Of a stretch of DNA of 64,000 nucleotides, positions 10,266-19,531 are shown one piece after another (the first letter of the stretch is position 1; each line of letters starts with the position of its first letter). Position numbers and translations under genes: made by a program. This DNA is from an uncultured Verrucomicrobiae bacterium (GTDB lineage Bacteria; Verrucomicrobiota; Verrucomicrobiia; Chthoniobacterales; UBA10450): assembly GCA_963726745.1 (NCBI GenBank), contig CAVSDR010000003.1:160001-224000 (forward strand). Reading direction: 5' to 3'. The notes beneath the pieces are model-generated. The model saw only the letters and a program-made list of their open reading frames with translations, did not search any database and had not been told where the DNA came from.

Positions 10266-12323
10266 ATGTCCAAAAAGCACATGAAAATTTCTGCCCTGCT
10301 CGCCTTGGCCGCAGCCACGACCTTGCTCCTTTCCTGCGAAAAACCGGCGGTGACCGAAGCCGAGCGCAATGCCCAGGTCGAACGTGAAGTGCAAGCCCGC
10401 CTCGCGGCCGAACGTCAGACCGCCGATCAGCAACGCCTGGCGCAACAGGCCGCAGAGCTCGACGCCCGGGAACGCGCCCTGGCCGATAAGGAAGCGGACG
10501 CCAGCCGCCCGCGCGCGACCGTTCCCGCCGCGACTGCTGCCCCGCGCGAGCGCACGGTTACGACCACGCGAAGCACACGCACCGAGCGCGAAGACCGCGC
10601 AGCGCCCCGTTCCTACGACACCTTTTATCGCAAGCTCGAGCCCTATGGTGCCTGGCGGCAATCGGAGACCTACGGCTACGTCTTCCAGCCGCGCGAGGCC
10701 CGCGCGCGCAATTGGCGGCCCTATACCAACGGGCGCTGGACCTACACCGATGCGGGCTGGACCTGGATCTCGGACGAGCCGTTTGGCTGGGCCACTTATC
10801 ACTACGGGCGCTGGACGCGGATGAACGACATCGGCTGGGTTTGGGTGCCAGGTGAGGAATGGGCCCCGGCCTGGGTTTCGTGGCGCACGGGCGGCGATCA
10901 CGTTGGCTGGGCGCCGCTTCCGCCGGAAGCGCGTTTCGAGAAGCGCACCGGGATCAAGAAGTGGGCCGACAGCTATTATGACATCGACGCCGACGAGTAT
11001 GTCTTCATTCCCGATGAAGATATCGGCGCGGAAAACATCCAGCGTTATGTCGTCCCGCAGGAGCGCAACGTCACCATCGTCAACCAAACGACCAACGTGA
11101 CCAACATCACTTACAACAACACCACGGTGGTGAACGAAGGTCCGAACTACGATGAACTCCGCGGCCGTTCCCGCCGCCCGCTCGAGCGTATGCGGCTCCA
11201 GCGGGAATACGACGTGCAGCAGGAGCAATCGCCCGGCGCTTCCGTCACCGCGGGCGTGGTTGCGATGATGACGCCTCTTTTCACCGCGCGCTCCGCGGAA
11301 CGTCCGCGCACCGAGGGCGCGATGCTGCGCGGCGGACGCGCCGAACGCGTTCAGCCTAACGAGCGGAACAATCCTGCCGCCGAGCAGGCCCGCATGAAAA
11401 TGCGCGCCGAGGCGACGCCTCCGCCGGACGCGCCTTCGAAGCGCTACGAGAAGCCGGAAATCCCGGAAAATGCGCCCACAGTAGCTCCGCAGCCTGCAGC
11501 CGCTGCGACGGCCGCGCCGACCGCCACTCCCGCAGCCAGCGCCGCGCCGGCGATCACGCCGACGCCGGCCTCCACTCCCTTGGCAACGCCGACGCCGACG
11601 CCACGGCTACACCGACGCCATCAGCCACGGCGACTCCGCGCGTCCGGCCAACCGCGACTCCGACGGCAACGGCGACCGCAACCCCAGTGGCCACCGCCAC
11701 TCCGGAAGCAACCGCCACGCCCGTCGCCACCATTGCGCCGACCGCGACCCCGGTTGCAACCGTGACCCCCGAGCCCACCCGCCCGCGGCAGCGCCCCACG
11801 GCCACGCCCGCGGAGGAGCCCACCCCGGTGAAAGTGCCGGCTATTCCCCAGGCTGAACCGGTCGCAAGCGCCCCCAGCGCCGAGGAACTGCGCCAGCAGC
11901 GCGCCCTTGAGCGTTCCGATCGGATGCGCCAGCAACTGGAAGCCGGCCAGGCCCGCCGCGACGAAAACCAGCGTCGCCAACCAGACGGCCGCCGCACTCC
12001 GCCCGTGGCCGCTACGCCCGCACCGGTGAGCACGCCTGCGCCAACGGCGACGCCGGACAGCAACCGCTGCCGAGGCCGCCACTCCGCCGCGTTCCGGCCG
12101 GCCCCGCCCGGACTCGACCATGCCGCCGCCTCCGCGCGGGCCCAATGAGCCTGCGGCCGAAGCCCCCGCGGCCGCGGCCGACCCGGAAGGTGTGCAGAAT
12201 GGCCGGCGCGATCCGCGGAATTCCCGCGGGCATCCGCGCGGCGGCGTGCGCGCACTTCCCGCGGAAGCTCCCGAGGCGACGCCGACTGCCAGCGCGACCC
12301 CGGACGGGGCTAACGAGCCGTAG
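10266..12323 (+). CDS. lipoprotein with Trp/Tyr-rich DUF6600-like domain and long Pro/Thr/Ala tail (frameshifts in tail at ~11605 and ~12060-12120)
   Basis: Lipobox LLLSC; coiled coil; LEPYGAW..WRPYTNGRWTYTDAGWTWISDEPFGWATYHYGRW..WVPGEEWAPAWVSWR; low-complexity tail continues in other frames. Confidence 0.75.
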
Positions 12324-14985
12324 CCGGCAACATCTGGCCGGCGAGCTGCCGCGCGTAGGAGAGCGTATCGATCTGCTCCGGCGTCTTGTCGCGGCGGATC
12401 GCCTTGATCCGCGGGAAGCGCAGCGAGAGCCCGCTCGCGTGCCGCGTGCTTGGCTGCACGGAGTCGAACGCGACCTCGAGGACAATGTCCGGCTTCACCT
12501 GCCGGCGCCGGCCCCGCTCCACCAGTGTGTTCTTTTTGAAGTGCTCGGTCAGCTCGGCGATCTCCACGTCGGTCAATCCGCTATAAGCCTTGCCGATCGG
12601 CAGAAGCTCGCTGGTTAAATCATCGCGCACCGCAAAAGTGTAATCGCTCAGGACATGATTGCGCTTCCCGTGACCGAGCTCAGCCGCGACCACGACCACG
12701 TCCAGAGTCGCGAGCTCTTTCTTGAGCTTGAACCAAAACATCCCGCGCCGTCCGGGCGAGTAGATGCTTTCGGGATCCTTGATCATCAGGCCTTCGTTCA
12801 TCCGCCGGCGGGCGCGCTGGAAGATCTCCTCGATCTCGTCGGCAGAATGCGCCGCGGTGATCTCCGAAAGCTGAAACTGCTCCGGCAAAACCAGGCCGCG
12901 CAGGAGCTCACGCCGTTCGCGCAACGGCGCCTTCAAGAGCGAGCGCCCATCGAGCCAAAGGAGGTCGAAGGCGACAAAAACAACCGGCACATTGGCCGCG
13001 GCGGAGAAGAGATCCGCGCCTTCGCTTTTCCGCCCCAGCCGCTTTTGCAGATCGAAGAAGGTGAGCTTGCGCCCTTCCTCGAAGGCCATGATCTCGCCGT
13101 CTAAAATCAGCTCGGGCGCAAACCCGGCCGCGCGCTCCACGATCTCGTGAAATTGCCCGGTGATCCGTCGCAGGTCGCGCGAGAAAATTTCCACCCGTTC
13201 GCGGCCGCGATGGAGCTGCGCGCGGATGCCATCGAACTTGTCCTCCACGTAAATTTCCGGGTGCTCCGCAAAGCGCGCCCAGATCGCTTCCGCGGTCGGC
13301 TCGGGGCTGGCGAGCATGCTTTTGATCGGGCGAAAGAGCGCCAGCTCCGCTTCCGCGAGCGCGCCGCGCGCAGCCAGGGTGGCGCTTTGCCCGATGTCGC
13401 CTAACAACATGTTCGCTTCCTTGACGTCATCCACCGGCGCGTGGAAAGCGCTGGCAATTGCCTCCTCGACCAGGCCTTCGCGCAGGCCCAGGCGGAGGTC
13501 GCCGGTGAGAATTTTGACCACATAAGCGCCCTCGCGCGCACTCAACTTCGCCAGGCGCGCCTGCAGTTGCTCGGCCTTCGCGATCGGGCCGCGCGCCTTT
13601 TGCAGCGCGGTGAAAAAGTCGGCTGATTCCACGAGCGCAAAAGGTGCCGGCGCGGTCCGGCCTTCGAGCGCCTCGAGCGCGCTTTTGCCGGCATCGCCGT
13701 GCTTGCTCGAGATGGCGTAGAGCTCGGCCTCGCTCAGGCGCGTGGCGGAGACAAGCGCGCGGAAGATGACCGACCAACCGACCTGCAAAGTGCGCGGGTC
13801 GCTTTGCGCGAAGGCCTTTCCAGTAAGGTAGCGCGCAGCGATCGGAAGCTCCGCCTCGCCTAACGAGCGCAAATACTCCGCGAGCAGGCGCGTTTTCTCG
13901 AGCTTGGCCGCAGTCGCGGCGATCGCTTCGCCGATCTCGGCGAAGGTGCCGAATTCACTCGCAACCGCGGGCGCGGCAATTTTAGCCGGCACATTCACGC
14001 GCACGGCCGAGGGCAGGCTAAGCTCGAGCTGATTCTCCTGGTTGATCGCCCAGGCTTCGATCCCGCGGTCGCGCAGGTCGCGCGCAAACTCCGCGGCAAA
14101 CCCGTGCAAGGTGAGCACGCGCTTCGGTTGCACCAGCTCGACGTAGCGCAAGAGATCGGGGTAATCAGCGTGATCGGAGAGCGGGAAGGCGGCATCGGTC
14201 TGGTAGCGAAAGCGCGCGTTCGGGTCGACCGCCCAGCCGCTGATCATGGCCACGCGCTTGTTCGGGATCTTTTCGAGCATGCGCGAGCGGTTCGCGCTCG
14301 GCGGGCAGATGAGAACTTTGCCAGCAACTTGATCGACGTTGTAGCGGTCGTAGTCGCAAAACTTTTGCCCAAACTGCTCGTAAATCCGGGTCATGCGAAA
14401 GACCGAGCCATGGAGCATCGGATGGAGCCCGGCCTCGGCCAGGGCGCAGAGAATTTCCTGCGCCTTGCCTAACGAGTAACCGAGCAAAACCGGCACGGCG
14501 TTTTCCTCCAGGGCCTCGCGGGCGAAAGCGACGATCTGCGCGACCACCTGCTCGGTCGGCGGAAAAGCGTAACGCGGGAGACCGAAGGTGGTCTCCATGA
14601 TGAGCGTGTCGGCTGTCCTCCACTCGGTGGCCTCGGCGGACTTCCCCGGACGGAGTTTAAAGTCTCCGGTGTAAAGGAGCGACCCGGCCTCGCTTTCGAG
14701 GAAGCACTGCGCGGAGCCGAAGATGTGCCCCGCCGGCAGAAGAGTCACGCGCGCGCCGCGGATCTCACTCGTTAGGCCAAACGGCAGGACGTGCTCGTGC
14801 CGCTCGCCCGGGAGACGGGCCTGCATCAACCGCGAAGTGCGCTCGGAGACGATGATCTCCTGGTGGGCCGCGATATGGTCGCTGTGCGCATGGGAGACGA
14901 AAGCGAAAGGCTTCGCGTCCCACGGATCGAGCCAGAGATTTTGCGCCGGCAGAAAGACGCCGCGCTCGTATTGCACCGGGACCAC
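12310..14985 (-). CDS. metallo-beta-lactamase-fold exonuclease fused to ATP-dependent DNA ligase
   Basis: N-terminal SHAHSDH, AGHIFG, YTGDF, LSDHAD; C-terminal EDKFDG, LDGE, FDLL, EGLMIK, WFKLK, LRFPR. Confidence 0.92.
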   Translation of the reverse strand: MVPVQYERGVFLPAQNLWLDPWDAKPFAFVSHAHSDHIAAHQEIIVSERTSRLMQARLPGERHEHVLPFGLTSEIRGARVTLLPAGHIFGSAQCFLESEAGSLLYTGDFKLRPGKSAEATEWRTADTLIMETTFGLPRYAFPPTEQVVAQIVAFAREALEENAVPVLLGYSLGKAQEILCALAEAGLHPMLHGSVFRMTRIYEQFGQKFCDYDRYNVDQVAGKVLICPPSANRSRMLEKIPNKRVAMISGWAVDPNARFRYQTDAAFPLSDHADYPDLLRYVELVQPKRVLTLHGFAAEFARDLRDRGIEAWAINQENQLELSLPSAVRVNVPAKIAAPAVASEFGTFAEIGEAIAATAAKLEKTRLLAEYLRSLGEAELPIAARYLTGKAFAQSDPRTLQVGWSVIFRALVSATRLSEAELYAISSKHGDAGKSALEALEGRTAPAPFALVESADFFTALQKARGPIAKAEQLQARLAKLSAREGAYVVKILTGDLRLGLREGLVEEAIASAFHAPVDDVKEANMLLGDIGQSATLAARGALAEAELALFRPIKSMLASPEPTAEAIWARFAEHPEIYVEDKFDGIRAQLHRGRERVEIFSRDLRRITGQFHEIVERAAGFAPELILDGEIMAFEEGRKLTFFDLQKRLGRKSEGADLFSAAANVPVVFVAFDLLWLDGRSLLKAPLRERRELLRGLVLPEQFQLSEITAAHSADEIEEIFQRARRRMNEGLMIKDPESIYSPGRRGMFWFKLKKELATLDVVVVAAELGHGKRNHVLSDYTFAVRDDLTSELLPIGKAYSGLTDVEIAELTEHFKKNTLVERGRRRQVKPDIVLEVAFDSVQPSTRHASGLSLRFPRIKAIRRDKTPEQIDTLSYARQLAGQMLPATAR

Positions 14986-15069
14986 GGAAGAGATTACGCG
15001 CGGAAGATGCGCCGCGAAACCCGGAGGCGCGGATTGACTTCGCCACCCGGAGCCCGTTCTCTACGGGCG

Positions 15070-15624
15070 ATGAAATTCTGGGCCGGACTGGCCGCCATTT
15101 CGCTGCTGACTTCGTGCGCCTCGCCCGGCTTTCAGGCGACGCGGGCGAACGAATTCCGGCAGCTGCCGGAAGCGAATGCGCTCCCGACGGCGCTGGATCC
15201 GGCCTTCGAATTTCGCAAGACGAAGCTCTTCTTCCTGGGCGACGTGCCGGGGACGAAAGTGAAGTCTAATTTCTACCGCGGCGGCGCGCGCGATCCGGCG
15301 GTCGGTTTCGAGAATTCCTACCGGCTTTACGGCGCGGTCACCGCGCTCGACCAGCGCCGGCGTTACGGCAATTACTTCGACTTTTTCTGGCGCGCGGCGC
15401 GCCCGGCGGAGATTACCGTGCGGCTGGAGTATCGGCAGGAAAAGCTTCGCGGTTTCACCCAGGCGCGTGAGGTCACCTACACCGCGGCGCGCGGGAGCCA
15501 CAAGACAGCCTTCGCGGTGACCGGCGACGATTTCTGGAGCGACGGACGGGTGCTCGCGTGGCGTTGTCTCCTGATCGAAAAGGGCCGGATCGTGGCTGAG
15601 ACTCGATCTTATCTATGGCGATAA
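15070..15624 (+). CDS. hypothetical lipoprotein
   Basis: MKFWAGLAAISLLTSC lipobox; globular body. Confidence 0.75.
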   Translation: MKFWAGLAAISLLTSCASPGFQATRANEFRQLPEANALPTALDPAFEFRKTKLFFLGDVPGTKVKSNFYRGGARDPAVGFENSYRLYGAVTALDQRRRYGNYFDFFWRAARPAEITVRLEYRQEKLRGFTQAREVTYTAARGSHKTAFAVTGDDFWSDGRVLAWRCLLIEKGRIVAETRSYLWR

Positions 15625-15697
15625 ATAGAGGCGCAAAACGGAGTGGAAACCGGCCGTGCAGGCCGGTGATCTCGAGGGGCAGGCTCGGCGCCGAGGT

Positions 15698-15725
15698 TTG
15701 ACACCCCTACCCGTGACCTTATACT
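15698..15725 (+). promoter_or_regulatory. sigma70-like promoter of the STAS-PP2C-grpE-dnaJ unit
   Basis: TTGACA-16 nt-TATACT. Confidence 0.65.
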
Positions 15726-15739
15726 TTTCATAGCTAGCT

Positions 15740-16255
15740 GTGCAGTCATCGATTCAAGTCGGCGTGAACGGGCAGACCGTTTGGGTGAAAGTTCAAGGGA
15801 AGGGGAACTTTCTTAACAGTGGGAATTTCAAGGACTTCGCCCGGGTGATGGTGGGCCGCGGCTACCGCGAATTTGTCATCGACTTGGAAGAGTGCGCGAT
15901 GATGGACTCGACCTTCATGGGGACGATGGCGAGCGTGGCTTTGCGGCTCAAGGAAATCGGCCAGGGACACCTGCATGTGGTCCATTGCGGGGAGCGCAGC
16001 CGCGATCTTCTGACTGGCTTGGGCTTGGATCAGATTTTCGAGATTCACGCCAACGGCACCTCGGCGCCGACCTGTGAGACTTTGACCGGCGAAGCAAAAC
16101 CCCCAGCCGGCGAAGCGCAGAAGCAGGAACAAGCGCGCCAGATGCTCGATGCGCATGAAGCGCTCTGCGAAGTCGCCCCGGAAAATTTCTCCCGTTTCAA
16201 GGACGTCCTCGAATATCTAAAACAAGACCTGCACAGCGAGCCGAACAAGAAGTAA
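15740..16255 (+). CDS. STAS-domain anti-sigma-factor antagonist
   Basis: VIDLEECAMMDSTFMG (phospho-Ser motif), LGLDQIF. Confidence 0.85.
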   Translation: MQSSIQVGVNGQTVWVKVQGKGNFLNSGNFKDFARVMVGRGYREFVIDLEECAMMDSTFMGTMASVALRLKEIGQGHLHVVHCGERSRDLLTGLGLDQIFEIHANGTSAPTCETLTGEAKPPAGEAQKQEQARQMLDAHEALCEVAPENFSRFKDVLEYLKQDLHSEPNKK

Positions 16256-16270
16256 TCTGGCCCTCCCTGT

Positions 16271-17708
16271 ATGTGGCCAACACTTCTTCTCGGGCTGCTG
16301 GTGGCTTGTCTCGCAGCCTGGTTCGCCCATTGGCGCGCGCTTGGCCGGCGCATTCGCCAACTCGAGCGCTCGAACGAGGAAATCCAAGTCGAGGAAACGC
16401 TGGTTTTCGACTTTCTCCACGGGCTGGGAGCGGCTTTCACGGAGACGATTCGCGCGGCCGACCTGCACCGACTGATCGTAGAGGGCGCCGCCCGGATTCT
16501 CGATGCCCATGGCGGCGCGCTCTACATCCTCGACCGCAGCGGGAACAAGTTGCTGCCTGTTTTCGTTTCCAAAGGCTGCCCGCCGATGGTGGAAGTGCCA
16601 GAGCACATCCTCCAGCAGGCTGCGACCACGCCGATGGCGCTGGAGAGTTACCTGCGCATGCGCACGGTCGACGTGGGCGAGGGCGTAATTGGCCGCGCCT
16701 GGGCCCAGGAGCTCCCGCTCTTCCTGGCCGATCTCGCGGAGGCCCCGGAGCTGGCGAAGCTCCAGCAAACTCCCCTCGGCACCACCTCGATGATGGTCAC
16801 GCCGCTCCTTTACGGGAAACAAAACATGGGCGTGCTCGCAGTGGGGAACGGGCCCATGAGCGCGCCGTTTACGCAGAGCGATTTCGTGGTCTTCAAGTCG
16901 ATCGCGGAGCAATCGGCCTTTGCGCTCTACAACGCGATCATTTACTCCGAGGCGAACGAGAAGAAGCGGCTGGACCACGACCTCCAGATCGCGCGTGAGA
17001 TCCAGCGCATCCTTCTTCCGGATGAATCGCCGAGCGTTCCGGGGTTCGAGATCAGCGGGTTGAACATCCCCGCGAGCCAGGTCAGCGGCGATTACTTTGA
17101 CTACATTCAGGTGGACCAGGACCGTCTGGGCGTGGCGATTGCCGACGTCTCGGGGAAAGGCGTGCCGGCCTCGCTCATCATGGCCATTTGTCGAAGCGTG
17201 CTCCGGAGCCAGGCGCCGGATAATCCCTCTCCTTCCGATGTCCTGAAGAAGGTCAATCGCCAGCTCTACCCGGACATCCGCGAGGACATGTTTATCAGCA
17301 TGGCCTACCTGATTCTCGACCATGTGCGCGCCACCGTGACCCTCTCGCGCGCCGGGCCACGACGCCCCATTGCTTTACCGCCGCGCGACCGGCGAATTGA
17401 CCCAATTGAAGCCGCCCGGACTGGTCCTCGGAATTGACAGTGGAAGCGTGTTCGATAGGATCACCGGGGACTTCGCGGTCCCGCTCGAGCGCGACGATTG
17501 CCTGATCCTTTACACGGACGGCGTGACCGAGGCGCTCGACGCCAACGGGGACGAGTTCGGGTTCGAGCGCATGCTGCATTCGGTGCGCGCGACGGCCATG
17601 ACTGGCCCGGCGGCCGTGATCAAACGACTGATCGACGACCTCCGGAATTTCGTCGGGTCGACCCCGCAAAGCGACGACATCACTTTAATTGTAATCCGCA
17701 AGACATGA
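16271..17708 (+). CDS. membrane-anchored GAF + PP2C/SpoIIE (RsbU-like) phosphatase (+1 frameshift at ~17355)
   Basis: N-terminal TM, GAF, AREIQ..VSGDYFD, IADVSGKG, RAG|HDAP, LYTDGVTEA, DDITL. Confidence 0.88.
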
Positions 17709-18259
17709 GCCAGAGCCAGCAAACCGAGACGCCTGCCGAAGGCGAAGAAATCCCTGTCAACGTGCGCGACGCCGGTGCCGAAAACGAAGAGAACAGCGAC
17801 GATCCGGTCGCGACTTTGCAGGGCGACCTCGACCGTTTCCGCGACCTCGCGCTCCGCAGCCAGGCCGACTTCGAGAATTACAAAAAGCGCGCGGCCCGCG
17901 AGAAGGAAGACGCGATCAAATACGCCAATAGCTCCCTGCTCGAGCGCTTGATCGCGATCATCGACAACTTCGAGCTCGGCCTCTCCGCCGCCCGCGGCGA
18001 AGGCGAGAAGTCGCCCATCTTTGCCGGGATGAACATGGTCCTGAAGCAGCTGACTGATTTCCTGGCCGAGAACGGCCTCCAGCCGATTGATGCCGAGGGC
18101 CAGCCCTTTGACCCGAACCTGCACGAAGCGATCGCGCACGAATCGAGCAAGAGCGTGCCCGAGGGCAAAGTCATTCGCCAAACGCGCCGCGGCTACAAGC
18201 TCCGGGACCGGCTCCTCCGGCCCTCCAGCGTGGTCGTCTCCAGCGGCTCGTCGAAGTAG
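17705..18259 (+). CDS. grpE: nucleotide exchange factor GrpE
   Basis: ADFENYKKR, FDPNLHEA, GYKLRDRLLRPSSVVV. Confidence 0.95.
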   Translation: MSQSQQTETPAEGEEIPVNVRDAGAENEENSDDPVATLQGDLDRFRDLALRSQADFENYKKRAAREKEDAIKYANSSLLERLIAIIDNFELGLSAARGEGEKSPIFAGMNMVLKQLTDFLAENGLQPIDAEGQPFDPNLHEAIAHESSKSVPEGKVIRQTRRGYKLRDRLLRPSSVVVSSGSSK

Positions 18260-18280
18260 CTCTCGGTCGTTCGTCCTCTC

Positions 18281-19435
18281 ATGCCTGCGACCAAGCGCGA
18301 TTATTATGAAGTCTTGAGCGTGACCCGCTCGGCTACAGCCGACGAGATCAAGCGCTCCTACCGCAAGCTCGCGGTCAAATTTCACCCCGATAAAAATCCG
18401 GGCGATCCGCTGGCCGAGGAGCAGTTCAAGGAACTCGGCGAAGCCTACGACGTCCTGATGGACGAGGAAAAGCGAGCCGCCTATGACCGCTACGGACACG
18501 CGGCTTTTGCCCAGGGAAATGCCGGCCGCGGCGCGGGCGGCTTTCACGATCCGTTCGATATCTTCCGCGAAGTCTTCGGCGCCGCTGGTGGCGGTGGTGG
18601 CGGTGGAATTTTCGAGACTTTCTTCGGCGGTGGTGCCGCAGGGATGGATCGCGACGGCCGGCAGCGCGGTTCCGACCTGCGCTACGACATGCAGATCACG
18701 CTCGAGGAAGCGGCTTTCGGCGTGGAAAAAGAGATCGAGGTGCGCAAGCTTGATACCTGCGACGAATGCGATGGCAAAGGGTCCGAGGCCGGTTCGCGCA
18801 CAGTCAATTGCCCTACTTGCGGCGGCCGCGGCCAGGTGATCAGCTCCCGCGGTTTTTTCCAAGTCTCGCAAACCTGCCCGCGCTGCCGCGGCGCGGGCCA
18901 GATCATCGAGAAGCCATGCCGCGTTTGTGAAGGCGAAGGCCGGGTCGAGAAGCTTTCGCGGATCAAGCTTAAGATTCCCGCCGGCATCGCCGAGGGGTCG
19001 CGTTTGCGCTCGTCGCAGAATGGCGAGGCCGGCATCCGCGGCGGCCCGCCCGGCGACCTTTATGTCGTCCTGCATGTGAAGGAGCACCCGGTCTTCCAGC
19101 GCGAAGACGACAACCTTTACTGCGAAGTCCCCGTGCCTTTCACCCTGGCAGCTTTAGGCGGCGAGATCGCCATCCCGACTCTCGAAGGCAAGGCGAACGT
19201 CAAGGTCCCGGCCGGCACGCAGAGCGGCCAGGTCTTTAAGCTCCGCGACAAGGGCATTAAAAACGTCAACGGCCGCGAACGCGGCGACCTTTTTGCCAGC
19301 CTGATCGTCGAGGTTCCCAGCGCGCTCAACGCCGAGCAACGCCGCAAGCTCGAGGAATTCGCCGAGCTCTGCGGCGAGGAGAACACCCCGCTGCATCGCG
19401 GCTTCTTCGAGCGCGCGAAAGAATTTTTCCGCTAG
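18281..19435 (+). CDS. dnaJ: chaperone DnaJ
   Basis: J domain with HPD, G/F region, four CxxCxGxG repeats. Confidence 0.98.
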   Translation: MPATKRDYYEVLSVTRSATADEIKRSYRKLAVKFHPDKNPGDPLAEEQFKELGEAYDVLMDEEKRAAYDRYGHAAFAQGNAGRGAGGFHDPFDIFREVFGAAGGGGGGGIFETFFGGGAAGMDRDGRQRGSDLRYDMQITLEEAAFGVEKEIEVRKLDTCDECDGKGSEAGSRTVNCPTCGGRGQVISSRGFFQVSQTCPRCRGAGQIIEKPCRVCEGEGRVEKLSRIKLKIPAGIAEGSRLRSSQNGEAGIRGGPPGDLYVVLHVKEHPVFQREDDNLYCEVPVPFTLAALGGEIAIPTLEGKANVKVPAGTQSGQVFKLRDKGIKNVNGRERGDLFASLIVEVPSALNAEQRRKLEEFAELCGEENTPLHRGFFERAKEFFR

Positions 19436-19531
19436 CGGACAATTTAGACGGCCGGTTCACGCCGAAAATTCCTCGGCGTTTCGCAGAAAAAGCGTCGCTT
19501 TCCGCGGCGCTTTTCCCTAGCCTCTCCCGCC

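Noticed and set aside
17510..19087. Long antisense ORFs (also 21359-23032, 30370-32136, 52850-54208, 56998-59091)
   Set aside because: Shadow frames opposite well-supported genes in high-GC DNA; no recognisable motifs.
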